NCBI GenBank assembly: GCA_964466415.1
Contig: CAYXQZ010000003.1
Coordinates: 1-46,582 of the forward strand
Origin: an uncultured Paludibacter sp.
GTDB taxonomy: Bacteria > Bacteroidota > Bacteroidia > Bacteroidales > Paludibacteraceae
Reading direction: 5' to 3'
Length of the DNA: 46,582 bases
Shown: piece by piece, positions 46,506 to 46,582 of the stretch
Position numbering within the stretch: position 1 is the stretch's first letter
Layout of the letters: the number at the start of each line of letters is the position of its first letter
The notes under the pieces: model-generated
Told to the model about the DNA's origin: nothing
What the model saw: only the letters and a program-made list of their open reading frames with translations
The model's database searches: none
Translations under genes and position numbers: made by a program

Positions 46506-46582
46506 TGTGAGAATCCTTCGATTTATATTACTCAATTAAATAACTATTAATGACCGATATTCATTTTATGCCTTTTTCGCTT

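Overview
AT-rich Bacteroidales DNA. The taxon is inferred from SusC/SusD pairs, T9SS C-terminal domains and TAnnTTTG promoters; it looks Paludibacter-like. 1-18.5 kb is a chondroitin-sulfate/glycosaminoglycan PUL: two paralogous T9SS proteins, SusC/SusD, a DUF5017-like lipoprotein, GH88, a secreted PL8, GH2, a Ser-type sulfatase and a second, frameshifted PL8. That second PL8 switches in frame at ~18520 into the MID-PIWI half of a catalytically inactive prokaryotic Argonaute. This is the most striking feature, and it could be a deletion scar, a mis-assembly or a real chimera. It is followed by REP-like hairpins, an 11-bp-phased repeat array and an internally deleted DUF6266-like gene. 20.6-31.5 kb is a beta-1,3-glucan-type PUL (GPH transporter, SusC/SusD, surface protein, GH16, GH3) whose two promoters share an identically spaced operator. 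31.5-46.5 kb is mostly housekeeping (aspartyl protease-PDZ, xerD, DUF5686, LuxR/hemerythrin, YhaM, corA, rsmA, GtrA, LPG-synthase-like). It also holds an AAA_14/DUF4143 ATPase-nuclease gene with four 23-bp-periodic repeats over its promoter, and a 2.4-kb mosaic of nested repeats bracketing AT-rich orphan genes. No rRNA, tRNA, CRISPR array or intact transposase was seen. Family assignments come from motif recognition, not database searches.
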